NCBI GenBank assembly: GCA_024137785.1
Contig: JAHRHZ010000092.1
Span: 563,770-627,769, forward strand
Source of the DNA: Ginglymostoma cirratum
Taxonomy: Eukaryota
Direction of reading: 5' to 3'
DNA: 64,000 nt
A model generated the notes under the pieces. It saw nothing but the letters and a program-made list of their open reading frames with translations, did not search any database and was not told the DNA's origin. Position 1 is the stretch's first letter; each line of letters opens with the position of its first letter. A program made the translations under genes and the position numbers. Below are positions 52,401-64,000 of the stretch, piece after piece.

Positions 52401-54280
52401 TTCTCCCCTTTGGTCCAGGAACTCGTTACCTACGTCCATGACACCACCCATGTGCTCCACCTCCTCCAGAACTTCCCATTCCTCGGTCCCCAACACCTCG
52501 TCTCTACCATGGACGTCCAGTCCCTATACACCTGCATTCCCCATACAGATGGCCTAATGGTCCCCCGTTTCTTCCTGTCCCGCAGGCCCGACCAGTCCCC
52601 CTCCACTGACACCCTCATCCACTTAGCTGAGCTCGTCCTCACCCTCAATAAATTCTCTTTCAATTCCTCCACTTTCCTACAGACAAAGGAGGGGGGGGGC
52701 ATGGGTACCCACATGGGCCCAAGCTATGCCTGCCTCTTTGTAGGTTACGTGGAACAATCCCTCTTCTGTACCTACACTGGCCCTAAACCCCACCCCTTCC
52801 TCTGTTACTTGACTGTATTGGCATCGCCTCGTGCTCCCACGAGGAGCTCGAACAGTTCATCCACTTCACCAACACCTTCCACCCCAACCTTAAGTTCACC
52901 TGGACCATCTCTAATACTGCTCTCTCCTTCCTGGACCTCTCTGTCTCCATCTCCAGCAACCACCTAGAAACCGATATCCATTTCAAGCCCATCGACTCCC
53001 ACAGCTACCTAGAATACACCTCCTCCCACCCACCTTCCTGCAAAAATGCCATCCCCTATTCCCAATTCCTTCACCTCTGCTGCGTCTTCTGCCAGGATGA
53101 GGCATTCCATTCCCAAACATCTCAGATGTCCTCATTTATCAAGGACCGCAACTTCCCCAACTCAATGGTCAAGAACACCCTCGATCATGTCTCCTGCATT
53201 TCCGGCAACTCATCCCTCACACGCTCTCCCCGCAATAACAACCAAAACAGAATCCCCCTCATCCTCACAGATCAGCCCGCCAAGCTCTGGATCCAACACA
53301 TCATCCTCCAACACTTCTGCCATCTGCAAATCGACCCCACCACCAAAGACATTTTTCCCTCCCGACCCATATCCGCTTTCCAGGGGGACCACTCTCTCTG
53401 TGACGCCCTTGTCCACTCCACACTCCCCTCCAGCCTCACCTCACCCTACACATTTCCCTGCAATCACAGGAAGTGCTACACCTGCCCGTACACCTTCCTC
53501 CTCAACCCCATCCCAGGCCCCCAAGAAGACATTCCACAGCAAGCAGATGTTCACCTGCACATCTGCTAATGTGGTATACTGCATCTGCTGTTCCCGTTGT
53601 TGTCTCCTCTACATCGGGGACACCAAGTGATGGCTTGGGGATGGCTTTGCAGAACACCTACACTCAGTTTGCAATAAACAACTGCACGTCCCAGTTGCGA
53701 ACCATTTCAACTCCCCCTCCCATTCCTCAGACGACATGTCCATCCTGGGCCTCCTGCAGTACCATGACGATGTTACCTAAAGGTTGCAGGAACAGCAACT
53801 TATATTCCACTTGGGAACCCTGCAGCCCAATGGTATCAATGTGGACTTCACAAGCTTCAAAATCTCCCCTCCCCCGCATCCCAAAACCAGCCCAGCTCAT
53901 CCCGCCTCCCTAACCTGTCCTTCCTCCCACCTATCCCCTTCTCCCACCTCAAGTTCCACCCCCATCTCCTCCCTACTAACCTCATCCTGCCCCCTTGACC
54001 TGTCCACCCTCCCTGGACTGACCTATCTCCTCCCTGCCTCCCCACCTACACTCACCTTTACTGGCTCCATCCCCGCCTCTTTGACCTGTCTGTCTCCTCT
54101 CCACCTATCTTCTCCTCTATCCATCTTCTATCCGCCTCCCCCTCTCTCCCTATTTATTTCAGAACCCCCTTCCCCTCCCCCATTTCTGAAGAAGGGCCTA
54201 GGCCCGAAACGTCAGCCTTCCTGCTCCTCTGATGTTGCTTGGCCTGCTGTGTTCATCCCGCTCTACACCTTGTTATCTCT
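49452..54280. mobile_element. Penelope-like retroelement (RT + GIY-YIG), head-to-head inverted structure, decayed
   Basis: RT motifs TMDVQSLYT, MGTHMGPSYACLFVG, LRYIDDC; GIY-YIG-type FTCTSANVVYC...LLYIGE..RRLGGRFAEH; ~1.7 kb inverted arms (~49480-51215 minus, ~52550-54280 plus); 12-bp TSD ccatctaaggta at 49440-49451 and 54281-54292. Confidence 0.92.
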
Positions 54281-57200
54281 CCATCTAAGGTAATCTGTTA
54301 ACACTTACATCATGAGTTCTTAGGTTATTCAGTAACCTTAAAATGGCACCTTATAAAATGCCTTGTGGATATCCAAGGAAAACACTGCTATCGTATTATG
54401 TTTTATGCATGTTGCTTGTTACTGCCTTAAAGAACTTCAATAAATTCATTCAAAACAATTTCCTTAATACAGAACTATCTTAATTCTGCCTGGAAACATG
54501 GATGTTTTAAGACCTCTGTCATGACCTCCTGAATAGTAGATTCCAGAGTGTTGTTGCCCAGGACAGATGTCGAGCTAACTGCCCCATAGCTTCTTCCAGG
54601 CTACTGCCTTCCTTATGGAGAATAGTGGTCTTCCAATGCCATGTGACATTTCGGAACATGGAAAATTTTGTAAGAATAAAACCAATGAATCTGATGTCTC
54701 AGCAGCCACTATTATTAAACATTTGTGGATGAATTCCATACCTGTTTATGTTTTACCTTGTAGTTCAAGTAATTGCTCTCAATGTATTTTCCATGATTGC
54801 CGTTGGTCCAAGTTCATCCTTCCCTTTCACTCCCTAATTTGTGAGAGTTTCTGACATGTAATTTGTGTCCTCTACAGTGAAGACCGATGCAAAATGGGCA
54901 GGTTAGGTGAATTGACCATGTTAAATTATCCATAATGCCCAGGGTTATTCAGGTTGCGTACATCCGCCATGGGAATGCAGGGAATGGTCTAGGTGGGGTG
55001 CTCTTCGGAGGTTTGGTGTGGACTTGTTGGGCCAAATGGCACATTTCCACACTCTAGGGATTCCAAGATTCTTAAGCTTCTGTTTAATTCAGCTGCTATT
55101 TTTTTACTTTCTATTAATAATTCCTTAGACTCATTCTCCAGAGAAACACTGCTCAATTAACTTGTTTGTTTAATTTTTAAATGCCTGTGGTAATTTTCAC
55201 TCTCTGGTTTTAGATTTAAATTAGAATTTTCTTGTATAATAGTCACTTCCCCATTCTTTAGCCGTCTTTGCCTTTAGCAGACAATAATTGCCCTTATTAA
55301 AATTTTGAAACATGAGTCTTCATCACAATCTTTGTCCCTTAAACTAATGTGAAAGTCAACTATATTATGATTATTGCTACCAAGGGGATCCCTTGGCAAG
55401 ATTACCAAAACTTGTATCATCTATCTACTGGAAGGATAACTGCAGCAGATAAATTGGAACATCATCATCTGTGAGTTCACCTCCAAACCAATGCACCATT
55501 CTGAAAATGTATCATAGTTCCCTCAATGTTGCTGAGTCAAAATCCTGAAACCTCCTTTCCAACAAAATGTGGGTGACCCTACATTCAAGAACTGAACAAG
55601 TTCAATAAGGCAGCACGCATCCAGTTTTTCCAGGAAAATTCAGGGGTGGGCAACGATCCCATGAACGAAATCATGAAAGGAAAACGACCCTGAATGTATA
55701 TGTGTTAGTTCACTGAAAGTGGTAGGACAGGTTGACAGACTGGCTCGTCAAGTGCACAGTATCCTAATAGGGCTTTTTGTGGTGCAGTATTATTGTTCCT
55801 ACTTCTGGTCCAAGAGAATTGGATTCAAATCCCACTTACTCCATGGATGTGTAACAACATCTCTAAATAGGTTGATTGCATATATCTACAACACCCTAGT
55901 CTTCATTGCTAATGGGATATAGACAAATGTGAGACAATTACATTGAAATTGTATCAGTCATTGATTAGACCTCGTTTAGAACATTATGACCAGTCAATCT
56001 CCACTCTTTAAGAAGGATCTGAAGGCATTGCAGAAAGTACAGACCAAATTGGTAAGAATTGATCCCGTTATGAGGATGTAGTAAAAATGTCCTAAGACAC
56101 ATTACAAGGGTATGATCAAGAAACTTGTGATAAAGGATAATATACAATATAATATGGTAGACCACCAACTTTTGCTCAAATAGGTATGTTTACAAGACTA
56201 TCTTAAAAGAGGAAAATGAAGTAGAGAGGCACAGAGAATAAGGGAATAAACGCAAGTGATTATTATCTCATAGTTGCAACTGGGGTCGCCGGTGGCAGAA
56301 CAATGGAAATCCAGAATGATGAACATGCAAAAGTTATCATAGCGTTTTGGAGATGAAGAAGATCACATAGATAGACAGGTTGTAGGATTTGCAGAGGATT
56401 ACAGGGACAGGGGGTTTGCAAGGGCTGAAGGAGTTTACACAAATAAGGTTTGTTTGAAGGCCAAGAGGAGTTTCCTGAGATAGGAACAATTTAGGGGTAA
56501 GACGAAGAAACTGTGTAAGGGAAGTATGAGGTCCTGGAGGAATTGCAAACACAAGCTATAGCAGTTCTAAAATCAAGATGTTGCTTAAATGAAAAAAAAA
56601 GTGGAGATATCTTGCCAAACCATGCAGAAACTGATGAACTCACACCTTGGGTTCTGTGGACAATTTTGCCTTACATAAATAGGAATATAGCTGCATTAGA
56701 AGCAGTCCAGAGAATGTTCACTGGTCTGTTCATAGGATGTGAGATTTGTCTAATGAGGAAAGATTAAGCAGTTTGTGTTTATCTGCATTAGAATCAAGAA
56801 AAATCAGAAATGATCTTACTGAAATACATATAATTCCAGAGGGAAAGTGGCAGGGTAAATGTTGAGAGAAACTGTTCTCTTTTGGTGGAATCTGAAATTG
56901 TGGGAACACTTTCACTTAAGATGGAAATGAGGAGTAACTTCACAGGAGAACATAAGGAAGATAAGAGGAACATAAGGAAGAGAACGTAAGGTGAAAGCAG
57001 TCTGGGCCAGTATGCACTGGCCAGTGTGAGGAATCAACCAATCCAGTTCAGGAGTAGCTATTCATTCTTATTATGAGGAGAGAGAAAAATCCAAAGGACA
57101 TGAATGCAAAGCATGTTGGTACCACTGTTCGAAGGAAAGAAAAACATTCATGACATCAAATATCAAGGAGTTCAGCTTTACCACATATCTTCAAAATATG

Positions 57201-57427
57201 GGAGATTTAGGGATCAGGGTGGGCATGCAATCCTGGAATTTGTGCAGGTTGATTCACAGCCACGCTGAGAAAAGCACCACTGACACAATTTTATGTTCCA
57301 TGAACTAATGAAGAACTATCTGGAAAGAGAATGCAACAATGCAGAGAAGCTGTATGAATGGCTATCTGAGAAAAGGTCCACTAACAAGCCTTGACCAGAA
57401 ACAAAACTGGACTGGTCATTTATGTTT

Positions 57428-57688
57428 GATAGGAGCAGGAAAACTTGATGTTTCGGGCCTAAACCCTTCATCAGAAATGGGGGAGGGAAAGAGGGTTCTG
57501 AAATAAATAGGCCTCCCCCTCTCTACTTATTTATTTCAGAACCCTCTTCCCCTCCCCCATTTCTGATGAAGGGTTTAGGCCCGAAAAGTCAAGTTTTCCT
57601 GCTCCTATGATGCTGCTTGGCCTGCTGTGTTCATCCAGCCCCATGCTTGTTATCTCGGATTCTCCAGCATCTGCGGTACCTTTTATCT
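57428..57688. mobile_element. Inverted Penelope-derived element
   Basis: 16-bp TSD ctggtcatttatgttt at 57412-57427 and 57689-57704. Confidence 0.88.
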
Positions 57689-58177
57689 CTGGTCATTTAT
57701 GTTTCTTGGCTACAATAATGTTTCAAAATTCTGTGGTCTCTGCAACTTTGAAGAACTAGGGAAGCAGATAGATGGGAAAATCGCCACTTGCAAGTTCCTG
57801 TCTAAGTCACATAAAATCCTAATTCCTCTTGGAATTATATTGCCATTCCTTCACTGTCATGAGATAGCAAAATCATGGAACTGTCTTCCAAGCAGTGCCA
57901 TTCATGTTTTTATAGGAAGAAAAGTGGAATTGAGGCCACAATCTAATCATCCAATATGTTATTAAATAGAATCACAGAAATTTACAGCACAGAATGAAGC
58001 CATTTAACCCACTGTGATACTGAACTAGTCTCAGTCTCCAATGCTATCTCTGTAGCCCTCCAACATCACCTCTTTCAAATATATATCCAGCTCCCTTTTG
58101 AAAACTCCGATGGAATCTGCCTCCAACACTGTCCCAGGCATTGCATTTCAAATCCAAACAACTATCTGAGCAAAGAA

Positions 58178-59120
58178 GAGATAGTAAGAACTGCCCATGT
58201 TGGAGTCACAGATAACACAGTGTGGAGCTGGAGGAACACAGCAGGCCAGGCAGCACCATAGGAGCAGGAAAATTGACGTTCTGGGTCGGGACCCTTCTTC
58301 AGAAATAGGAGCAGGGAAAAGGAGCTCAGAACTAAACAGAGAGGAGGGATGGGGCTGGAGAAGGTAAGTGGGATGGTGATAGATGGGTGCAGGTAGGGAG
58401 TGGTGGGGATAGGTCAGTGAGGTGGGAGGAGTGGATAGGTGGAAGAGAAGAAGAACAGGTTGTGCCAGGTCAAGGAGGCAGGGATGAGAGGGAGGGTTGG
58501 TCATGGGATGAGGCCATGGTGGGGAGATTTTAAAACTGGTAAAATCCACATTTAGACCATTGGACCATAGGCTCCTGAGGCAGAATATGAGGTGCTGCTC
58601 CTCCAGTTTGAGGGCGGTGTCATTCTGACACTGGAGGAAGCCCAGGATGGAAATGTCACCCAGGGAGTGGAAGGGGGAGTTGAAATGGTTCAATTGGAAG
58701 GTGTTGTCCTTTGTCGCGAACCTGCGGTCTGTTCAGAAACTGGAGGAGCAGCACCTCATATTCCGTCTTGGGAGCCGACAGCCCAATGGCCTAAATGTGG
58801 ATTTTACCAGTTTCAAAATCTCCCCACTCCCGGCATCTCAACCCCCTCCTTGACCTGACACAACCTGTCCATCTTCTCTCCCACCTATTCACCTATCTCT
58901 CCCTCCTACCTCACTGATCAATCCCCATCACTCCCTACCTGCATCACCTATAACCATCCCACCTACCTCCCCCAGCCTCACCCCTCCTCTCTATTTATTT
59001 CTGAACTCCATTCCCCCTCCCACATTTCTGAAGAAGGGTCCCAAACCGAAACATCAACTTTCCCGCTCCTCTAATGCTGCCTGGCCTGCTGTGTTCCTCA
59101 AGCTCCACATTGTGTTTTCA
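58178..59120. mobile_element. Inverted Penelope-derived element
   Basis: Two opposing PLE 3' ends (LEEQHLIF.LGS.QPNGLNVDF); TSD ctgagc/taaagaa at 58166-58177 and 59121-59132. Confidence 0.85.
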
Positions 59121-59770
59121 CTGAGTAAAGAATTTCCTCCTAATCTCATTCCTAGCTCTCTTGCTGACAATGTTGAAGTCATAACTCCCAGTTACTAACA
59201 TACCAACTAGCGGAAGTAAAATATCCTACTTTACCTTGTCAAAATTGTGCATGATTTTGAGCACCTCAGTAGGATCCCCCCCTAATCTTGGTGTTGAATG
59301 AGGGCATTTCCTCGATTGGTCGAATGCTCTACATCTGCTTCGATTTCTTATGTTATTAATTTAATCACATAATTCAGCAAGCACAGTAGAGATGATCAGT
59401 AACTATATCCCCCAAAGGTGTGGTCAGTTCCACCTTATCAGGGTCAGGGTTCAAGTCTCAGCCGCCCCAGAAGTGTGTCAAAATATGTCAGAATAGTTCG
59501 TTTAAAATTAAGCTGCATCAGACACTGCTCAGTTAATCTGTCTGAGTCTTTTGAAACCTTGTATTCCCATAAATTATCCTTACAGTGTACATGGTGGGAG
59601 TGCAGCGCTATGTGGGAGCTGCGGACTTGAGCTGTCAATTCGGGATTGGGGCGGGATTTTACGAGGTTCACTGCTCACTTGCGAAAAGATTAAGTTGATT
59701 ATGTTCACATTGCCTGATTCAGGCCTCCAGGCAACAGTCTCACTGGCATTAACAGCCCCTTTACTACATC

Positions 59771-60482
59771 ATGCGGACATTGCTTCTGTCCTGCCTGTTC
59801 CTGTTCATCCATTTGGCAGGTAAAGTAATTTCGAATCACACAAAGGCTTTTTACGGTTTGGAGCAAAATCTGTGAAACAGTTTGCAAAATATTATAAAAC
59901 AAATCTCGAGGGCCGAAGGGCCTGTTCTGCGCTGTATTGTTCTATGTTCTAAATCTATACACTGAGATAAGGATATAGAATGAGACAATGAAAGAATGGG
60001 AAAGATTGGATGGTGGAAAGAAAGAATGAATGGGTGACTGAGGAATATCAGTCACAAAACAACTAATTTTTGAACAGGTCCGCACAGCATATTTTGGTGA
60101 AGTAGCAATCTTCAGTTTCTAATTATTTCCGTTTTCTTTCGAAGATTCTGCGGGTCTCAGAAGATTGTGCAGTCGCGGCGGCATGTGTCGGTGAAACTGG
60201 AAGGGCCTGCGACTACTCCTTGTACCCAACGCGGCAGTGATACTTACATGTACTAGCATCGTCAGATTCCGGGCCAGGGATTCCAAAATCTCTAGTAAGT
60301 AGTGCATGGAGAGGACCCGACCAGGTCGGAAAGGATCACCGAGAGATTTTTCGCCAAGAAGACTGAAGACGGCTCTTTCGATCTGAATACAGAGAAAGTA
60401 CAACCAAGCGACACGGCTCAGTATTTCTGTGCCTGTGGTGATGCACAGCAGTGAAGTGGGGCTGAACCGTGTGACAAAACAC
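59771..60482 (+). pseudogene. TRBV: Pseudogene V12 of a second, conventional TRBV family; leader 59771-59819, V exon ~60144-60443, RSS 60444-60482
   Basis: Leader MRTLLLSCLFLFIHLA G|gtaaag; exon reads SQKIVQ...PCTQRGSDTYMY*HRQIPGQG...ERFFAKK...VQPSDTAQYFCACGD with 3 in-frame stops; acceptor AG apparently mutated; CACAGCA + 23 nt + ACAAAACAC. Absent from the ORF track. Confidence 0.88.
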
Positions 60483-60631
60483 ACCTAAGACATTACTGTT
60501 TAACGAATTTTAATAACATGTAGGACAGGCTCAGAGTGCAGAGGCCTGTAAATCAATTTGGCTATGCAAGCAAAGATAAAATTGTCAATCTTCTACCTTT
60601 CTATGTTTCATCGATCGCCCATTTCTCGTGC

Positions 60632-60720
60632 ATTATCGATCTATCTATTTATTTATCCAGGCACAATCTGTTTATCTACCTGTCTATCTATGTCTGTACT
60701 TATCTGTCTCGCTATTTGCC
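60632..60720. repeat. Degenerate (TCTA)n/(TATC)n microsatellite
   Basis: atctatctatttatttatcc...tatctacctgtctatctatgtctg. Confidence 0.6.
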
Positions 60721-61974
60721 TCCATATTTTCTCGCCTATTATAACTTACTCTAACTTAAAAATAGATAAATCTGTATCAACGTGAATTATGCTGCTCCTT
60801 TCAGATACAACTTAATTTTAAACAAGTAGATTATGTTATTGAGATAAATGTGTTAACAAGTTTTAGGAGAAATGAAAATCCGTATAATTTGACAATCTTC
60901 TATTCTTATTGTGTCAGTCTTAGCTGGTAAAGAGAGGTTTAGTAAGACCATATTCAGTCTGCTTCCACCACCCTTAAAACGTAACGTCGTGTAGAAGATA
61001 AAAACTCACTCTGTTAAGGAATTCCACCTTGCTGCTCCAATTATTGTCCTTTGGTTGTCGAATCATCTGCAGGTGGAAACAATTCCTCCTCATTCACTCT
61101 CAATTGCCTTCATGACTTTGAGGAACTCCATGAAATCTCCCGTTAAACTTCTCGATTGTGAAGAGAAGTATCTCGTTGTCTCCGGTCTCTCCACACAAAC
61201 ATGTCTCTGATGTTTCACATTATACAAAAGCCTCTAAAGATAGGTTTATCATTGGGACACCTGCACTTTGATGGCAGTTTCAGCACCTGTTGAAAACCGT
61301 TAACTCACTTCTCTCAGACTGAAATCTTGTTTGATGTGGTTAGCAAGTGACTGTAGAATTGTTGGCAGAGAAGTATTTTAAGCCATTATTTCTGTTTTCC
61401 CATATTAGCCTGAACTAGATGAGCTCAGGGGTCCTTCCCTCAGATCGTAGAATCTATCAAATTAGATATTTAGGCTCTCTATCAACATAAAAACCGAAAG
61501 AACTGCGGATGCTGTAAATCAGGAACAAAAACAAAGTTGCTGGAAAAGTTCAGCAGGCCTGGCAGCATCTGTGAAGGGAAAAAAAAAGAGTTAACGTTTC
61601 GGGTCTGGTGACCCTTCCTCAGAACTTTCTGGACCGAAACGTTAACTGCTATCAACATGTTCCTATTACCTTCTCACTTCTCCAGCTTCTCGATATTAAT
61701 TATTTCAGCTCTGTTTATTCGACCAGTCTTCGAGCTATTACTTTCCACAGTCTCGCCATCTTCCGTGCAAAATATTTCTCCCGATACGTGACTGGTTAGA
61801 TGCGACCATCCTGCATATATGGCCAGACGTTAGATTCGCCTATCATTTAGTCTCTGTTCCTTGTTCTTTGTCCATTGCCTTCTTTTATTTTCCAAACATC
61901 TTCCATTCAAGTAATTAATCATTTCCATTCAGAAAGCCACGATTGCACCTGCAGCGAACACATTATCAACGGAA

Positions 61975-62219
61975 ATAGTAGGAACTGCCGATGCCGGAGA
62001 TTCTAAGATAACAAGGTATAGAGCTGGATGAACACAGCAGGCCAAGCAGTATCAGAGGAGCAGGAAAGCTGATGTTTCGGGTCTGGACCTTTCTTCAGAA
62101 ATGCATTTCTGAACCCTTCTTCATTTTTGAAGAAGGGTCCAGACCCGAAATATCAGCTTTCCTGCTCCTCTGATGCTGCTTGGCCCGCTGTGTTCATCCA
62201 GCTCTACACCTTATCATCT
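61975..62219. mobile_element. Inverted Penelope-derived element
   Basis: Palindromic PLE ends; TSD-like cacattatca at 61959-61968 and 62220-62229. Confidence 0.82.
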
Positions 62220-62572
62220 CACATTATCACACGGTATATTTTGTGTCACAAGAATTTTCTGCCTCCATTTCTTCTCAATACCTTATTAAGCAATTGGCTT
62301 GGAATGTTGCATTCTATAGCCAACTGGTGATATCGGCTATTTTACACCTGGTGATGAGCAATGAGTCAGCATTAATCATTAAACCTTACAAAAACTGCAG
62401 GTGATAATGCCTCCAATAGGATGATGTTGCAACTTTAATTTGAAAGGGGTAGTGTGGATCTAAGATTAGAGTAAGTTTTACATCTGAATAAAGGTAGATG
62501 TAAGGTTATAAAGGGAGAACTAGCTAAAATGAGCATTTAAACTAAACATATTAAACTATACTAAACTTGCAT

Positions 62573-62895
62573 GGCACAGTGGCTCAGTGGTTAGCACTGT
62601 TGCCTCACAGCGCCAGTGACCCGCGTTCTATCCCACCCTCGGGCGACTGTCTGCGTAGAGTTTGTGCATTCTCCCCGTATCTATGTGGGTTTCCCCCCGG
62701 TGCTCTGGCTTCCTCCCACAGTACAAAGATGTGTAGGCTAAGTGAGTTGGCCATGCTAAATTGCCCATAGTGTTCAGGGATGTGTAGATTAGGTGGGTGT
62801 ATAGCGGAATGGGTTGGGTTGGGGTGGAATGCTCTGTGGGTCGGTGCGGACTTGTTGGACCGAAGGGCCTGTTCTCACACTGTAGGGATTCTATG
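62573..62895 (+). mobile_element. tRNA-derived V-SINE (HE1-like)
   Basis: A-box-like ggctcagtggttagcac; V-domain ttctccccgt..tgtgggtttcc..cggtgctctggcttcctcccacag; CR1-like tail gggcctgtt...gggattctatg. Confidence 0.85.
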
Positions 62896-64000
62896 ATAAA
62901 GATATCTCAGTCGATATGCGGCAGCTGGTTTTAAAGGAGAGATTGAATTACTCACAGCAAAATTTCATCCCAATGAGGAAAAACAAGGCTTATTAAGAAA
63001 GAATATTTATTCAGAAATATATAAGGAAGTAAAAGATAGTGTCAAAATTTAAACAAAGACTGTCAACCTTTGCAAAATTTATTTTAAATAGAAGATTGGT
63101 CACATTTTAAGAACCATGAAAGAATCAGCAAAATCATGGAGAAAGTAAAGTATGAGTGAAAGCAAACGTAAACATAATAAAAACAGACTTTGTACAAGTA
63201 CTTGCACAGGAAAATAATAGCTAAAGCTAATGTTTCTCTTCTGGAGTGTGAGCCTGGAGAATTTACAATGGAAAATGAGCAAATACTAGAAATATTGAAC
63301 AAGCGTTTGGGTATGTCCTCACAACAGAAGATACAAGTAACATCCCAGATATACTAGCAAATCAGGAAGGAATGGGGGGAGGTTCTTGAAGCAATTCTAA
63401 TTGTCAGGGAAAATATGCGAAGAAAACTTGGACCTTATGACTGGCAAATTCCCAGGATCTAATGGCTTCTATCCTAGGGCCTTAAAATAACTGTCTACAG
63501 ATGTCATAGGTACATGGTTTATCAATTTCCAAATTTCATCAGACTACAAAAGGATCCTAGCATTTTGTAAAAATAGGTAATGTAACATGTTTGTTCAAGA
63601 AAAGAGGGAAACAGAAAATAGGAAAGTTGGCCTAACATTCGTCATAATTGCTACTATCTTTTATTAAGTGTTGTAAAAATTTTTATTTTTACTTAACTAA
63701 TAATGAGACTTGACTCCAGCTCTCGTTCTAAGCAGTTTATTTTCTTACTTGGTACCAGGGAGAGTGAGTGTCGATCTCCACCGGCACCCGACTCTACTAG
63801 TACAGAGTATAACAATCTCGTTCATACCATTAACTTCAGAGCAGGGTGTTGCCGTGACATCTTGTGTTTGTTGATTCATTTCATTGTAAGTTTAAAGAAA
63901 ACAGACGCTGCTCGAGGTAACAGGAATTCTGTCTTACAGATACCTTAATAATTACTTCTTCAAATGACCTTCGGCATGAAGCTAGCATAGGGAGTGATAC

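Noticed and set aside
62573-62640. tRNA gene-like A/B boxes (also 48156-48240)
   Set aside because: These are tRNA-derived SINE heads, not complete tRNAs.
1-64000. D, J or C segments, IgH/IgNAR/NAR-TCR V genes, or joined VDJ genes
   Set aside because: I saw no FGxG J motif with RSS, no dual-RSS D and no C1-set exon; the V motifs fit TRBV. Short D segments could be missed by eye.

Overview
Eukaryotic, repeat-rich genomic DNA from a cartilaginous fish (probably an orectolobiform shark; inferred from HE1/V-SINE, CR1 and Penelope-like repeat content). The window is part of a T-cell receptor beta variable (TRBV) array. I find 5 structurally intact leader-intron-V-RSS segments (ATG at 6041, 10260, 14517, 31402, 40209), pseudogenes or relics of the same family (17221, 26907, 33037 inverted, ~42039/43090, 46859), one pseudogene of a second, conventional TRBV family (59771) and one 23-RSS with a promoter but no V exon (23055). 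The dominant family (SQTIxQ..., C-x-V, YWYRQ, F-T-A-x-RP, HSxxYYCAWS) resembles mammalian TRBV30/mouse Trbv31, which is a single gene in mammals. I saw no D, J or C segments. The rest is CR1 LINEs, SINEs, LTR remnants and many Penelope-like (PLE) insertions with inverted ends, 8-16 bp TSDs and minimal hammerhead-ribozyme motifs, including a 4.8 kb head-to-head PLE. The most striking observation is the V-less promoter+RSS unit: its junction (TGCAGTG|CACAGTG, with a cryptic 12-RSS) looks like a RAG signal joint fixed in the germline. There are two 400-N gaps. All calls were made by eye; similarity to named genes and repeat families is from memory, not from a search.
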